From assembly GCA_024137785.1 (NCBI GenBank), contig JAHRHZ010000021.1, positions 25,705,857 to 25,769,856 of the forward strand: DNA of 64,000 bases, given 5' to 3'. Under the pieces are notes generated by a model. That model did not search any database, was not told the origin of the DNA, and saw only the letters and a program-made list of their open reading frames with translations. Below are positions 39,421-51,950 of the stretch, in pieces. The position numbers were made by a program, and so were the translations under genes. Numbering within the stretch: the stretch's first letter is position 1; each line of letters begins with the position of its first letter. The stretch comes from Ginglymostoma cirratum (taxonomy: Eukaryota).

Positions 39421-39645
39421 TAACATCATTTTATTGGTATTGCACAGAATTAAGCAAAACTGTATTGCCATCACTGTCAGATGTTTGCTAAGTAATAAAA
39501 ACAGAAATTGTTAGAATTTCTGAAATCAATTTTAACATCATTTTAAAACCGTTGCACAGATTTAACCAAAACTGTATTGGCATCAATTTTAGACTGTTTG
39601 CTAAGTAATGAAAACAGAAATTGTTAGAAATTTTTAAGTCATTTT
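39421..39645. repeat. Diverged tandem duplication, period ~112 bp, two units
   Basis: taacatcatttta..tgcacaga..aaaactgtattg..tgtttgctaagtaat.aaaacagaaattgttagaa starts at 39421 and again at 39533. Confidence 0.9.
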
Positions 39646-40289
39646 TTTAAAATAAGAAGCAATTGTTCTAGATTATAAAATGATTGGAATATACTTCCAT
39701 GGTTATCATGAATTGGAAAGGTAAGACAAGAAAAAGCAGTTGAAGAGCACAACCTGAAGATTTTGACATGATGTCAAAGGCCACAACAGCAATGTTAAAG
39801 GAGCCTACATTTGTCACCTAACCTCCCACTTTGCTGTTTTAAGTTCACCTATGGCTTACCCGTTATATTTCTGTCGATATACTAAAAAAAAAAGTTCATT
39901 TAAAATTTTTTTAACTATTGCACACTTGTTTTTTTTGATATGGAGACTTTCTAACATCATTTGAATTAGACAGTAGGTTATGTGGCATAAGATTTGTAAT
40001 ATTCACTTTATATCTTTTACATCCTTAGTGTAGATCACAGTGAGAGTCACTATCAATTGCATGTTATATGAAAAAATAAAGCTATTATGATTAATTATGA
40101 AATGGAGAATAACCATTTAGGATGAGCATTTTGGACCATAAACAAATTCCTATTTAATATCACATTTTCTTGTTTAATCTGTTTTTTTCATTTTTATTAT
40201 TTCAAGGTGAAAAAGAAGGCAATACATAAGAAGATATGTATTAAATGTTGCAACCTAACTGTTTTTACTTTAACTGTTTCATGCACTCA

Positions 40290-40620
40290 GTATCATGGCC
40301 TTTTAATTGCAAATTAATACCTATTATTAACACATTAAATGATGTTAGGAGAACATTCGGAGCACTCTCATCATCCACCACAGATGACAGTTAAATGCCG
40401 CAGCAATTTCAGCAATTCATTTACTTAATAGTGACCTATGCAAATGTGGATCCATGTCATTTGAAAAACTGACTGCCATAATTAAGTAAAAATTGCAGAA
40501 TTGAATGGTATGAGATACAATTAGAAAAAATACACAGTGATGGTATTACACTAGCTAATTTTAACAATTTGGCACAATAAAACAGGTTCCATTTATAACA
40601 TTTCTAATTGGTGAAATGTA
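40290..40620. promoter_or_regulatory. Candidate conserved non-coding element/enhancer
   Basis: Repeat-free; CAGATG/TGACAG 40381-40390, octamer ATGCAAAT 40438-40445, TAATTAA 40479-40485, TAATTG 40605-40610. Confidence 0.4.
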
Positions 40621-41687
40621 TGTTCGTAATATGGTATTGTATTTCATTTATTAAATATTCACCTTATTGTGGAAAAGGACTGGGGCTATTATATTTTTCT
40701 ATTTGTTCTCCGTGCCATTTTGTGCAAGTGCTGTTCTGCTATGTCCCTAGTAATTATATATTTCCTTCAATCCGTTCAATAATTATGCTGCTCTGCTGAG
40801 TATTTCCTCATATTAATATCTTATGCATACTTTGTTCGTTATTACAAAATGCTTATAAACATATTCAAATAAAACTAGTTTTGACAGTATTTAATTTTTT
40901 TTAAAATTCGAATTTTTATCATTTTGGTTTGAATGCTTAAATATATTTTTACAATTGTAGAGATCACTGCACACACTCCGCTATTACCAGAAACTGTTTA
41001 AATATCAAGGTGTCAGATGATATAATCCCTTCTACATAGAAGGATTTAATTTATTCGCCTTTCATATATAATATATGCATTGTAGGAATGTAATATACAG
41101 TGACAACCTAATCATATGTTTGCTACTTAATCTGTTTTTAATATACAAGAAGATGGTTGTGATTCTTCTTTAAACTTTTATACAGTATATTGCAGTACAT
41201 TTTTCTCACTGATTGATTGCTTTTATTAACACTGATTTTATTTGTGCTATTAATTTCCCTTTTTAGCATATGCATAAATGGACACTTTTGGTGCAGCTTA
41301 GGTTGCTGCATTATGAGTAGACAGCACACCTGCCCAAATAAGATGCTTAACAGCACTGAAGAAAGAAAATGACATTTTATTTTACCCTTAGCATGAAGCC
41401 AGGGGCAAAGTTTGATCTGAAAACTTGCAAATTAACCAAAACTGTCACTCAGGAGTTATGGGCTTCAATGCTGCAAAATACAATCTTTGAAGTCCTCATT
41501 TCAGCAAAATTATTAAAAACTTTATATCTAATTAGAATTATTACTGCATTCACATTTTTCAAAACCTCTATATCCTCAGGGCCAATTGGGATGAGTGAAT
41601 TCACACCCTCCTCTCCTCAGCACACTGAACTGCTCCTACAGCAATATCAGATCATTACCATCTCCCCAGCTGAGAAGGAGCAGCCAT

Positions 41688-41843
41688 NNNNNNNNNNNNN
41701 NNNNNNNNNNNNNNNNNNNNNNNNNNNNNNNNNNNNNNNNNNNNNNNNNNNNNNNNNNNNNNNNNNNNNNNNNNNNNNNNNNNNNNNNNNNNNNNNNNNN
41801 NNNNNNNNNNNNNNNNNNNNNNNNNNNNNNNNNNNNNNNNNNN
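41688..41843. other. Assembly gap
   Basis: Run of N. Confidence 0.99.
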
Positions 41844-43180
41844 TATCTTGCCCCTGTGGTACCCCCAAGCTTGTCTGAAAAGTCCATGATGCTCTCTCAA
41901 AAAGGCCTCTTTATTTTTTAAAAGAAGGAGACAGGAAGGAGGATAAATTTCATTAATGGATAAGAATTAACATCCCACAGCCAAGAGCTGACCCTACCTC
42001 CTGACATGTATGTCTAACTCATTCTTGTCACTTTTTTTCTCCATTAGCATGCTGAATGAGGCAGTAAAATAAATTTACAGAGACAGTGAAATGAATCTAA
42101 GTTGAAAGACACTCAGATATTTCCCCTAAAAAGCCACTGTTGACTTTCTAAATTTTTTTTAAGCATCAGTTTGCTTTCTGGAGCAGAAAAAGAAAAATGC
42201 TGGATGTTGAATAAGATTTCGATCAATATGTAGCTGCATTTATTTTGACCACACTTCTATATTTAATGACTTCTGTCTAATTCCACAGTTGTTTATTCTG
42301 GTGTAAATAATTATATTTGATGGAATTGTTGCGTAGATTTGGGTAAAATTCGAATGTGTTTATTGACAGCAAAGAGAACTCTTGCCAATTAACAGCAAAC
42401 GTGCTTTTCCTATCATTCCAATGTACTTACTAGATTGAAGGTAGCAGTTTATTATCACAATGAATGCAACTGAGACAGCCCTATTAATCTTCATTTTCAA
42501 ATACAAACATTATATTCTGTTCTAATTTTCTCTCCCAATTTATGTTAAATAGGCTTATGGGTGACTGCAGCTTTCTACTATCCATCTCACCATGACTATT
42601 CTTCCTAAAGTAACTTAGACAGTGTCAAGCTGGATATTCACCTATGTAGGCATCATAGATGAGCCTAATCCTGACTTTGTGCAATAGTAGAGACACAATC
42701 AGGGTGAGAGCACTGTCTGATTTGTTTGATTTTCCATATTCATGAAGAAAGACTGAGATTATCCCACCAAAACTTCAAGTGAAATTCAATTAACTCTGTA
42801 CTGACCAACAGCTGGACTCAGTATCGCAGTGTAGATGGTGTGCATGCCCACCAATCTACTGACAGTTTCTGTCACATTATGCTTTCTTGTAAATTGTCCA
42901 CAAAAACAAATTGAATATTGGTTATTTAAGGGAATCTTACAATTTCAGGGTTACCATTCATTCGTTGTTTCATGGACAGGATTTTTATTTCAAGGATCCC
43001 ATGTACTGATGAAGACTGACCAAGAAGATGTTCAGTGATTTCACATTAATCGCGGAAAAAGAATAATTAGGCTTTGACACATATGAAACCATGCACAAAA
43101 TTGAACTTTTTGTAAGAAATATCTAAATGTTTTAATCCACGACATCACCACCTTTGCAATGTAGATTGTCCCTCCAAATT

Positions 43181-43198
43181 TACCACTAGATGGCAACA
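43181..43198 (+). promoter_or_regulatory. CTCF-binding motif
   Basis: taCCACTAGATGGCAac matches the canonical CCASYAGRKGGCR core, in non-repetitive DNA. Confidence 0.6.
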
Positions 43199-44039
43199 TT
43201 TAAATAACGAAGTCCCAGATAACAGTTTGACAACAAAAAATAGTGTCCTTAATAGGATTTCAATTATGATGCATCTTACACCTTTTCTTTTAACAAAACA
43301 GTTTCATAAATATGAACTGTCCAGAGTTATCACTTGAATTCCCAGTCTTAGCAGGTCTGTACCAGATTTTTTAGATATTTAAATTGTAATTCTAAGTACA
43401 AAAGGACAGTATATATTCAAAATCCCCTATAGGCAGAATATATATTCTGAAATCACCCTAGACAGAGGAAAATCACGTATAAGGCTAACAATGTCCTTTT
43501 AACCCATTCTGTTTAAAGCAGCCAGAATTGATTATTGCAAATGCCTAAGAATAAAGAAAGCATCTTCAAGAAGAAAATAGAAGAAAAATAATACACTACG
43601 GGAAAGCCAGGATACGAGGCTTTCTCTTTTGTTTGGATTTACACTGGAGTCTCACAGCTATTTTACAAACTAGTCTAAGTTTATTATCAAATGTTTTGCA
43701 ATGTTATTTAGCTTTATTTGTACATTTGTGTAGCTTTTATAAATACGCTTCAGGAACAAGTAATTACAATCATTTAAAATGTGATTCACCAAATAGCACC
43801 TTGGTGCTTCTCCAACATTACTACTATATTACTCAACGTATTACAATAGAATTTTGTAACTTTCTAACTTTGTACTTTATAATATTTTAGTGTAAATATT
43901 ACTGGAATAAAAGAACACCAGAATAAAATCCATACAGAAGAATGTCAAACTCAATTTAGGATGATACTTTTTCTTTTGAAATCAAATATGTGAGCAACGG
44001 GACAGTGATCAATTTGTGATGTTTATTAGAATTAACAGC

Positions 44040-44495
44040 ATATAAAACATAAGAGGATAAGAACTAGGAGCAGAAGTAGCCCTCGAGTTCGCTCCATTAT
44101 TTGATACATTTATAGCTGACCTCATCTCCGTCTCAACTCCACTTTCCTGCTTGCTCTTCAAAACCCTTCAACTCATTATTAATTAAAAATTTGTCTATCT
44201 CATTTTTAAATTTACTCAATTTCCCAGCATCCACCATCTCTCGGGTAGTGAATTCCATAGATTCACAACCCTTTGAGAGAAGTACTTTCTCTTCATCTCT
44301 GTTTAAAATCTGCTACCCCTCATACTAAAACTATGACCTTTCATTCTTGGTGCCCCACAAGAGGAACACCTGCTCTACATCTACATTTAACATTCCCTTT
44401 AACATCTTATATATCTCAATTAGATCTCCTCTCATTCGTCTAAACTCTAGAGAATAGAGGCCTAAACTGGTCAATCTCTCTTCATGCGATAAGCC
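44040..44495 (-). mobile_element. CR1 3' fragment
   Basis: cataaga..actaggagcagaagtag; gaattccatagattcacaaccctttgagagaag; tagatctcctctcattc.tctaaactctag. Confidence 0.85.
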
Positions 44496-45169
44496 CCAAC
44501 ACCCACAGCCCCCCTACATTCTTGTATTCCTTCACAGACTATTACTTTCATCCCAGATGCTGGAATATCATATCCCAGCAGCTGTATTATCCTTGCTAAG
44601 ATTAAGAAGATGAAGGTAGAGAAGGAGGTGAGAAAGGGATGAATGATAATTGCACAAACAAAGACAGATGGTTCAAATGGTTTTAGCTGTGGGCGGGCAA
44701 GCAGTCATGAAGCAGGAACCAGTGCGTTCGGTCTCATTGAGTCATCTATTTAGGTAGGGTGTACTGAGGGCATTGCAGCTATCTGCAGATGAATGAAAAG
44801 CAGTCTGAGAGAGATGCCATCACCAACATCTGGCACCTCATAAAAGTAGAAATGCAGCCAAGTGCCTAGCGAGGAAGTGCTATGGCTGTGGTGGTGGAGA
44901 TCCCAGCAACATTTAGTTTCTTTGTCACAGGCTTCACTCAATTTCAACCGGGGATATATGGGCCAACTCTCAACTTACAGTTCACATGGGCATTTGTGAG
45001 TTCTTTAAAGGGACTCTGAGGCTTTTTATTGGGAAGCAAGACATTTTAACCAATTTGTCATGGACCTAGACAGCCAAGATGGGCCAGCCATCAGATTTGC
45101 CGACATTACTGTACACAACTCGACACAGAATCTCAGTATATTACATTTTTAGGGTCTCCTTTGTCAATG

Positions 45170-45865
45170 TTGTTTATAGCTTATTTAAAAATCCTCCAAC
45201 AAGTTCATCAAATATTATTTCCTATTCATAAATCCATGCTGACTCTACCCAATCAGATCATTATCAATCAGTTGTCTATTTATCCCCTCTGTTATAATAG
45301 ATTCTAACACTTTCCCTACTACTGATGTAAGGCTCATAGGTCTGCAGTTGCCTGGTTTCGCTCTCATTTCTCCTTCTCAAATAATGGGGTGCTATTTGCT
45401 ACCTTCCAATCCATAGGAATAATTCTAGGATGTATAGAAATTTGGAAGATAGTCACCAATATACCAAGTATCTCTGTAGCCACCCTCTTCAACATACTCA
45501 GATGTAGATCATCAGCTTCTGGACATTTATTTACTTTCAACCCCATTAATTTCTTCAGTACAACCTTTTTACTAATGCTAATTTCCTTTCATTTCGTCAT
45601 TCTTCCCATCCACTTGGATCTCTAACTCTGGGTAATTTCCGATACCTTCCTCAGCGAAAACAGATACAAAGTAATTATTTGGCTTATCTACCATTTCTTC
45701 ATTGCACTTACAATCTCTGTTGATTCTGTCTGTAAAGGACTCACATTCACTTGAGCTAAATGTTTCCTTTTCACATGCTTATGGAAACTTTTACAGTCTG
45801 TTTTTATGTTTTTTGTTAGATTGTACTCATATTCTACTCTCCCTCTCCTAATTAGTTTCTGTTTA
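45170..45865 (-). mobile_element. CR1 ORF2 internal fragment
   Basis: ORF 45364-45546 LKVNKCPEADDLH..LKRVATEI..IFQ..IPMDWKVANSTPLFEK followed by NCRPMSLTSVVGKVLESI. Confidence 0.9.
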
Positions 45866-45899
45866 ATTTTTCCTTTCCGTCATCTTCAACTTAGTGCCA

Positions 45900-46230
45900 C
45901 CTCAGCAGACACAGCTTGAGCAATCCTGCTGACTGCTCTGTTGTCTTGCCTGGTCTAATTTTGACAGATGGGCATTGGTGGTCTGGGGTGTAAAAGGCAT
46001 CAGCCTGCTGGGGGTCTCCCACACAGATGCAGATGTAACCTCTTCAACCTGACATGTTAAAGATGTTTTAACATGTCAGAGGATAGCTGATACACAAGTG
46101 CACCTCTGGAATATTCTGTGGCAACTTCCTTGGTGCCTTGCTGTCACCTTTCATCCATGTCAGTGCACAATGGTACCCTCACTCATCCCATGTTGGAATG
46201 GAGCACCTAAAAGAAGGTCAAGAACCCTTG
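45900..46230 (-). mobile_element. Possible Harbinger transposase remnant
   Basis: Faint KVTA..AT..FQ pattern on the minus strand at ~46080-46170, similar to the 15450-15520 region. Confidence 0.3.
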
Positions 46231-46244
46231 ATGTCCACTTGTCT

Positions 46245-47378
46245 AGTCAGTGACTGAACCCATCCAGGGTAACTTGGCAAGTTGGATCCAAAAGTGGCTT
46301 AGTGGTAGGAGACAGAGGGTGGTGGTTGAAGGTTGTTTGTGTTACTGGAGGCCGGTGTCCAGTGGTGTACCGCAGGGATCAGCACTGGATCCCTTATTGT
46401 TCATGATGTACATAAAAGATAAAGAAGAAATTATGGGGTCATGATAAATAAGTTTGCAGATGACATGAAGATTGGCCGAGAGTTTGACATTGAGGAAGAA
46501 ACTCTTAGGTTACAGGAGGATGTAAATGGATTGGGCAGGTAAGCAGGTCAGTGGCATATGGAGTTTAACTCTGATAAATGTCAGGTGATGCATTTTGGAA
46601 AAAATAACAAGACAAGGGAGTACTCAATGAATGGCAAAACTCGAGGAAGCTCAGAGGAACAGAAGGATGTTGGGATCTTTGTTCACAGATCCCTGAAGGC
46701 AGCAGGACAAGTTAACAGGGTAGTTAGAAAGGCATAAGCGGTACTTACCTTCAACAGTGGTGGCATATATAATGGAGGCAGGAAAGTTATGTTGGAGCTA
46801 TACAAAACTTTAGTTAGAACACACCTGGAGTGCTGTATGCAGTTCTGATCATCATATTGTAGCAATGATGCGATTATACTGAAGTGGGTGCAGAGGTGAT
46901 ACACCGAGATGTTGACTGGAATGGAATACTTCAGCAATGAAGACAGGCTGTATAAATTTGGATTTTTTTTTCTTTCGAGCAGGGAAGGCTGAGAGGGGTT
47001 GTGATTGAGGTATATAAGATTATGAAGGGCATAGTCAGAGCGGATGGAAAGTAGCTGTTCTCCTTTGTTGAAGGGTCAATAACAAGTGAGCATAATATTA
47101 AGCTGAAAGGTAGGATGTTTACAGGGAATTTGAGGAAATACTTTTTCACCCAGACTGTGGTGTGAATCTGGAATGCACTGCATGGAAGGGTAATTGAGGC
47201 AGGAAGCCTCACAATCTTTCAAAGTACTTGGATGAACACTTGAAATGTCATAACATTCAAGGCTATAGCCAAGAGCTGGAAAGTGGGAGGAGTGTAGATT
47301 TGGAGTAGTTTCTTTTGTTGGTGCAGACTCTATGGGCCGAAGGACCTCTACCCTTCTGTACAGTTCAATCTCTCTATG
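46245..47378 (+). mobile_element. 5'-truncated CR1 LINE
   Basis: ORF 46250-46444 WIQKWLSGRRQRVVVEG..SSGVPQGSALDPLLF; then KFADDMKIG, LYKTLVRTHLECCMQF, FFTQTVV.IWNAL; tail tgggccgaaggacct..ctatga. Confidence 0.93.
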
Positions 47379-47529
47379 ATGAGCTGCATGCATTTAAAAT
47401 TTATTTGGAGCATTGTGGGACCTCTACTGGCCTGCTTCCACCATGCAAACAGTGACCCCACCAGCTACCAGGATCCGCAGCAAGCTATCAGACAATGTAG
47501 GTCAATTCCCATTCCTCAGGAGTTTCTTT

Positions 47530-47630
47530 ACAGTGTAGTGAGGGCAGACATCAATGCTGAAGGTCAACATTGCCTCCAGTGGGCCAGTGCAGTCTTTGAC
47601 GAACTGAGGGACACAGTATTTTGTGACATT
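47530..47630 (+). mobile_element. Short RTE LINE fragment
   Basis: RADINAEGQHCLQWASAVFDELRDTVFCD resembles RTE ORF2 ADID.E.QHR...AS.AFGRL..RVF. Confidence 0.65.
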
Positions 47631-48439
47631 GCTTTGATTGCTCACCACCTCCCCCCACCCCATGATTGGACACTCCCATCATTGACATTCCATCAGTGTC
47701 CTTGCTATTGCTTCTTAGACATATTTCTGCCACTCAGGCAAAGGTAGTGCTTTGCAAAGCCCAGTCCTCAAAATACAATAATGTTTGATGGCCTCCCAGA
47801 AGCCCTTACCCAGCAATGTTCAGCAACTGCTGCCCAACGGCGGAATCAAAGTTGGTTTTACCAGTACAGGCAGATTGAGTACAATCTGTAATCTGCCTAT
47901 TATAAACAGCTCCAAATGTACATGCTGGTCGATTTGATCAATCAGTCTCTGGGACTAAGTATGTACCTGGCCTTGCACTGGCACTGTCATCGTTCAGTTG
48001 CATGTTAGACAGAATGTCTTTTTTTAGACTGACAGCAGCATCCTGTTAGTGGAAAATACCACTTGTGTAAGCATTCCATAGTAGCAACATGAAACGGTCT
48101 TTAATAAATCTGGCTGCACTAAAAGCTATGTGAGCAATAAATTTAGGATAATGGCCCATATCTTTCACCAGGAGGATAGTTATTGGAGAAACACAGACTT
48201 GAGTTATGTACCATGACCATGCAGGTGTCCTGATGCAGCTGACTCCATAGGAATTGCCTGGGAACTGAAATTTCTGATGGGCAATTACCCAGTGTCTTGA
48301 ACGTTCCAGAAAATGCCCCAACTGTTGAGTTGGAATTAAAGCCTTCAGTTGGTTCTGACTCATTTACTCGAATAGTTAGCCACGAACAGTTAGAGGAATT
48401 AAAATCTGCTCTTACTCCTAGTTAATTGTAAAACACACA

Positions 48440-49120
48440 TCCCTGAGCACCACTATCTCACCAACTACTACCATTCCTCCCCCTTCCAGGGCACCCAATT
48501 AGCCTCCAAACACTTAATCTTTCCCCAGGACCTGGTGCCCTTCCGTGATCCAACCACCAATACCACCCCACCCCTACCAACACCATGGACACTCAACCAC
48601 AATACTTGCCCAACTTCCCCACCACTGTCCCATGGCCTAACACCTTGACACCTTGACTCAAACTCCAAAATCTCTGTGCCCAACTGCCAATCCAACCTCC
48701 TGACCCCTCGCAGCCTGGACCTCCCCCAGTTTCCACCTCCTGAACCATGATTCCCACCCCCAATGATGCCACTCTCCTAACTCTACTTCAATTTTTATAA
48801 CCCTGAACTCCTTTCCTGAATTCCTACCATCAATCCCATTCCTGACTTGACCTGACCCAACAATGCTTGATCATATTCTGCTCTGAACAGGCTTGTTTTC
48901 ACATTTTCCAATACCTCAACCTGACATCCCCTGAACTATCCAAATTACCCTAAGTCCTTTCCCAGTTATCTACCACTTTATATCCCCAGCTCACCATCCT
49001 GGCACCTGTACCAGCCTCACTAGACTCACCCCAAAGCTCCCAATTGTCCCACAACCCAACAGCATCTGACTTACCCTGGACCTTAACAATTTACGTGTTG
49101 CCCTAGAAGCACCCCTTGAC
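48440..49120. repeat. C-rich low-complexity tract
   Basis: Strong C/A skew with short ccc/acc/ctga motifs; similar tracts at 17110-17620 and 56320-56560, all near Harbinger-like relics. Confidence 0.55.
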
Positions 49121-49124
49121 AACT

Positions 49125-49412
49125 TAATGTGCACAGAGACCCATTCTCTGTTAGCAAAAGTATTACGTCCAAGTTTTGCACATTTTTCAAATTACCCAGA
49201 AGCTTGGGCAACATTTGTTGCTTTCTCCATGACGACCCCTCAACCAATCAAAGTTGATTTACCAACCGATCAGGACTCTTTTCTCCTATTGTATAAATTT
49301 TTGTGATTAGTTGAAATTTGACATTCTTGCATTTGTCCTGATGAGTGTAGGATGAAAAGTTTTGACAACATGTCTTTGTTTTCAACAATATTCCAAGTTC
49401 GGTACTAGCAGG
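49125..49412 (+). mobile_element. Penelope-like element 3' end (second family)
   Basis: Decayed P.LC.QK-type GIY-YIG C-terminus (cccattctctgttagcaaaag), then CCAAT, TATAAA and a hammerhead core. Confidence 0.65.
49333..49368 (+). ncRNA. Minimal type I hammerhead ribozyme motif
   Basis: TTGTC-CTGATGA-gtgtaggat-GAAA-agtttt-GACAA; TTGTC pairs with GACAA as helix I; helices II and III are minimal. Confidence 0.65.
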
Positions 49413-50224
49413 TTGATTCAGTAACTGTTACTTTAGCACAGCAGTTTTGCATTTATGAGTTTCTGTACACATAAGTGGAAATGTCAGCATGCAAAAAAGA
49501 AAATCATGTTGCTAATGTATTTTGAAAGCATTGCTGAGAACTTGCATTAAAAAGATTTTGTAATCTTACTATAAAGTATATGTCACATTTGTTTGCAGAC
49601 AATGGGGCCATTTGAGAAGTCTGTACTCATACATCTATGCTTTTTCAGGCTAGATGGCTACACTAACACACTGACAAGTTCCTGTACAGATACTAAGCAA
49701 AGTAAACCCAGAGTCAAGCAGTGTGATTCAGAACCTGCACAATAGCCATAAGTAAGAAGGCACTCACTTAAAATCCAACTTCAGCTTCATCCCAACACAT
49801 CTTTCCAGAGTTAGCTGACAGATCTATTCAATGTGAAATTTCATTTTGCTCTTGGATTTGTTCAGTGGAATAAGATACTTCCATGTTATCACTGATGCAT
49901 ATTTCGAATCATCCAAGCTAATGAACATAGAGGTTAATTGCTTAACCGTAGATCTGCAGAAAATAAGAAATTGCGTTATTCCTTAACAAAGATCAATGTT
50001 GATACTCATTGGCCTTTCATCAGCCTGATCCGAATCCGGCCTGCACTGACAAAGAAATGTTGTCTTCCTTTGTTGACAAGAAAATCTTACTCAGGCAGCA
50101 TTTGAGCAGTCTCAGTTTCATTTCTATATTAATTGAATGAAGTAGCCATAAAATATTACTCTAAGCATACATTCCCTCAAATAATTTCCAATCCATTAGT
50201 CCCCTATTCTTCTTATTCCATACT

Positions 50225-50575
50225 TCCACACTGAATGGAGAACAGACTAATTTGGTTAACTTGTCAGATGTTAAATTGAAGGCTGGAAATAGGACATAAA
50301 CTTTTAAAATAAGAGGTTTGCCAGTTGGGATGGGATGAGGAGGAATTTTTTCCAATACGGGCATATTAGCATGTGGAATTCTCTTGGTCCACGAGCAGTG
50401 GCGTCTTGGTTGTTGAATCTCTTCAAGAATAAATTAGATGTTTCATCTATAAGGGAGTTGAGGGGAGCAAGCAGAAAACTGGAGTAAATCAGATCAACCA
50501 CGATCTTATCGAACAGCAGAGCAAGCTTTAGGGGATGAAGCACTTACTGCTTCTCCTATTCCTTGGCTCCTTAGG
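50225..50575 (+). mobile_element. CR1 3' fragment
   Basis: gatgaggaggaatttttt..tgtggaattctct..agatcaaccacgatcttatcgaacagcagagcaagc. Confidence 0.75.
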
Positions 50576-50984
50576 TTTTCTTCTTTATTTGTAAAAGTGC
50601 TCTGCACAAATGTAGAAGAGAGAGAAGTTGGGTGTCACTGGCAGTGGTTGATAGAAAACCACAAGTTTAATGTGCAGCTGTGCCTTTCCTTCCCACTGGA
50701 CAATGAAGTAACTAAAAAAAAGTTCAAACTTACTCTCCAGTTCCATGCTCTGTCCCTTTGATGCCAGTATTCAAAGGATCTAATGCCTGTTTTCTATTAT
50801 GTAATGCACTCTGAATGCCTATTTTCAAGCCCCAGTATCCTACAAATTCGTACTCAATATTTTGAAAACAAACTGGGCACACATAATCTATTAAAATAGC
50901 AATTGCAAATCACGTGGCCCTTGGCATTTGAGTTACAGGCAACACCATTAAATCTCCAGTGAATACCTAATTTTATATAGACAC

Positions 50985-51280
50985 TCCCATGGTGGCTCAG
51001 TGGTTAGCATTGCTGCCTCACAGTGCCAAGGACTCTGGTTCAATTCCAGTGTCAGGTGACAGTCTGTGTGGAGTTTGCGCACCTCCCACAGTCCAAAGAA
51101 TGTGCAGCTTAGGTGGATTGGCCATGCTAAATTGTCCAGGGATGTGCAGGCTAGGTGGGTTGGCCATGGGAAATGCAGGGTCACAAGGATGGAAGGGGTC
51201 GGAGTGAGTTGCTGTTCGGAGGGGCAGTGTGGCCTCGATGGGCTAAGTGGCTTGCTTTCACACGGTAGAGATTTTATGAC
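50985..51280 (+). mobile_element. tRNA-derived HE1/V-SINE-type SINE
   Basis: A box TGGCTCAGTGG 50993-51003, B box GGTTCAATTCC 51037-51047, tctgtgtggagtttgc core, internal tandem ggtggattggccatg, HER1-like tail. Confidence 0.88.
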
Positions 51281-51349
51281 TCTCAGACATCCAGGAAATT
51301 CATGCAACCCTTTGTTAAAGACTCAATTAAAGTAGGAGAACAATGGAAT

Positions 51350-51950
51350 CTTCAGGCTGGCTCCATCCAGGGCTCATTGTGAAAAAAAGAGAAGAATGAA
51401 ACTCAACTGGGGGACAGCCTGAAATAAATGGGACCTCAAAATGACTATTTCAAACCCTCAGGACATAACAAAAGGTTTTGGAATCAAAATGAACATTACT
51501 CCCTTATTTGGAAAAGGGTTTGAATTTGTAGAAAGTCTCATGATGGGGGAGCTATATTGTCTTTCTTCCAAATCATCTAGAAGCTGTTTATAGATGGCTC
51601 TGCCAGAAAGCTGTTGAACCAACAGTTCAGAGGTTAGGAAGGAACACCATAAATTAACTGTAAATCATCAAACAGCAAAGGTAATTAATACTTTGAAAGA
51701 GGGAGACCTCAATGGAGAAAAGGACTCCCCCAACCTGTTTCAACATCAAGGTTAGCTGAGAAGCAACATCCAAGAAATTTAATGACAGGAAGCACACAGC
51801 CTGCTGAGAATTCTTCATTTTACAACAATCTTGTTCAACTTTACAGCACCAATTTCATTCATGGAACCAGGTTTGCCTCAAAGGAGGCCAGAGATTGTAA
51901 ATCACAGAATGATTTGGAAAAGTATATTATCTATGTTTGCAATCAGTTTT
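51350..51950 (+). mobile_element. Possible highly decayed non-LTR RT fragment
   Basis: Remnants resembling LEKAFD (~51508) and PQG..SPTLFNI (~51706-51747). Confidence 0.35.

Noticed and set aside
50985-51060. tRNA gene (also near 63500)
   Set aside because: The A/B boxes belong to SINE heads; no cloverleaf is evident and the SINE body follows
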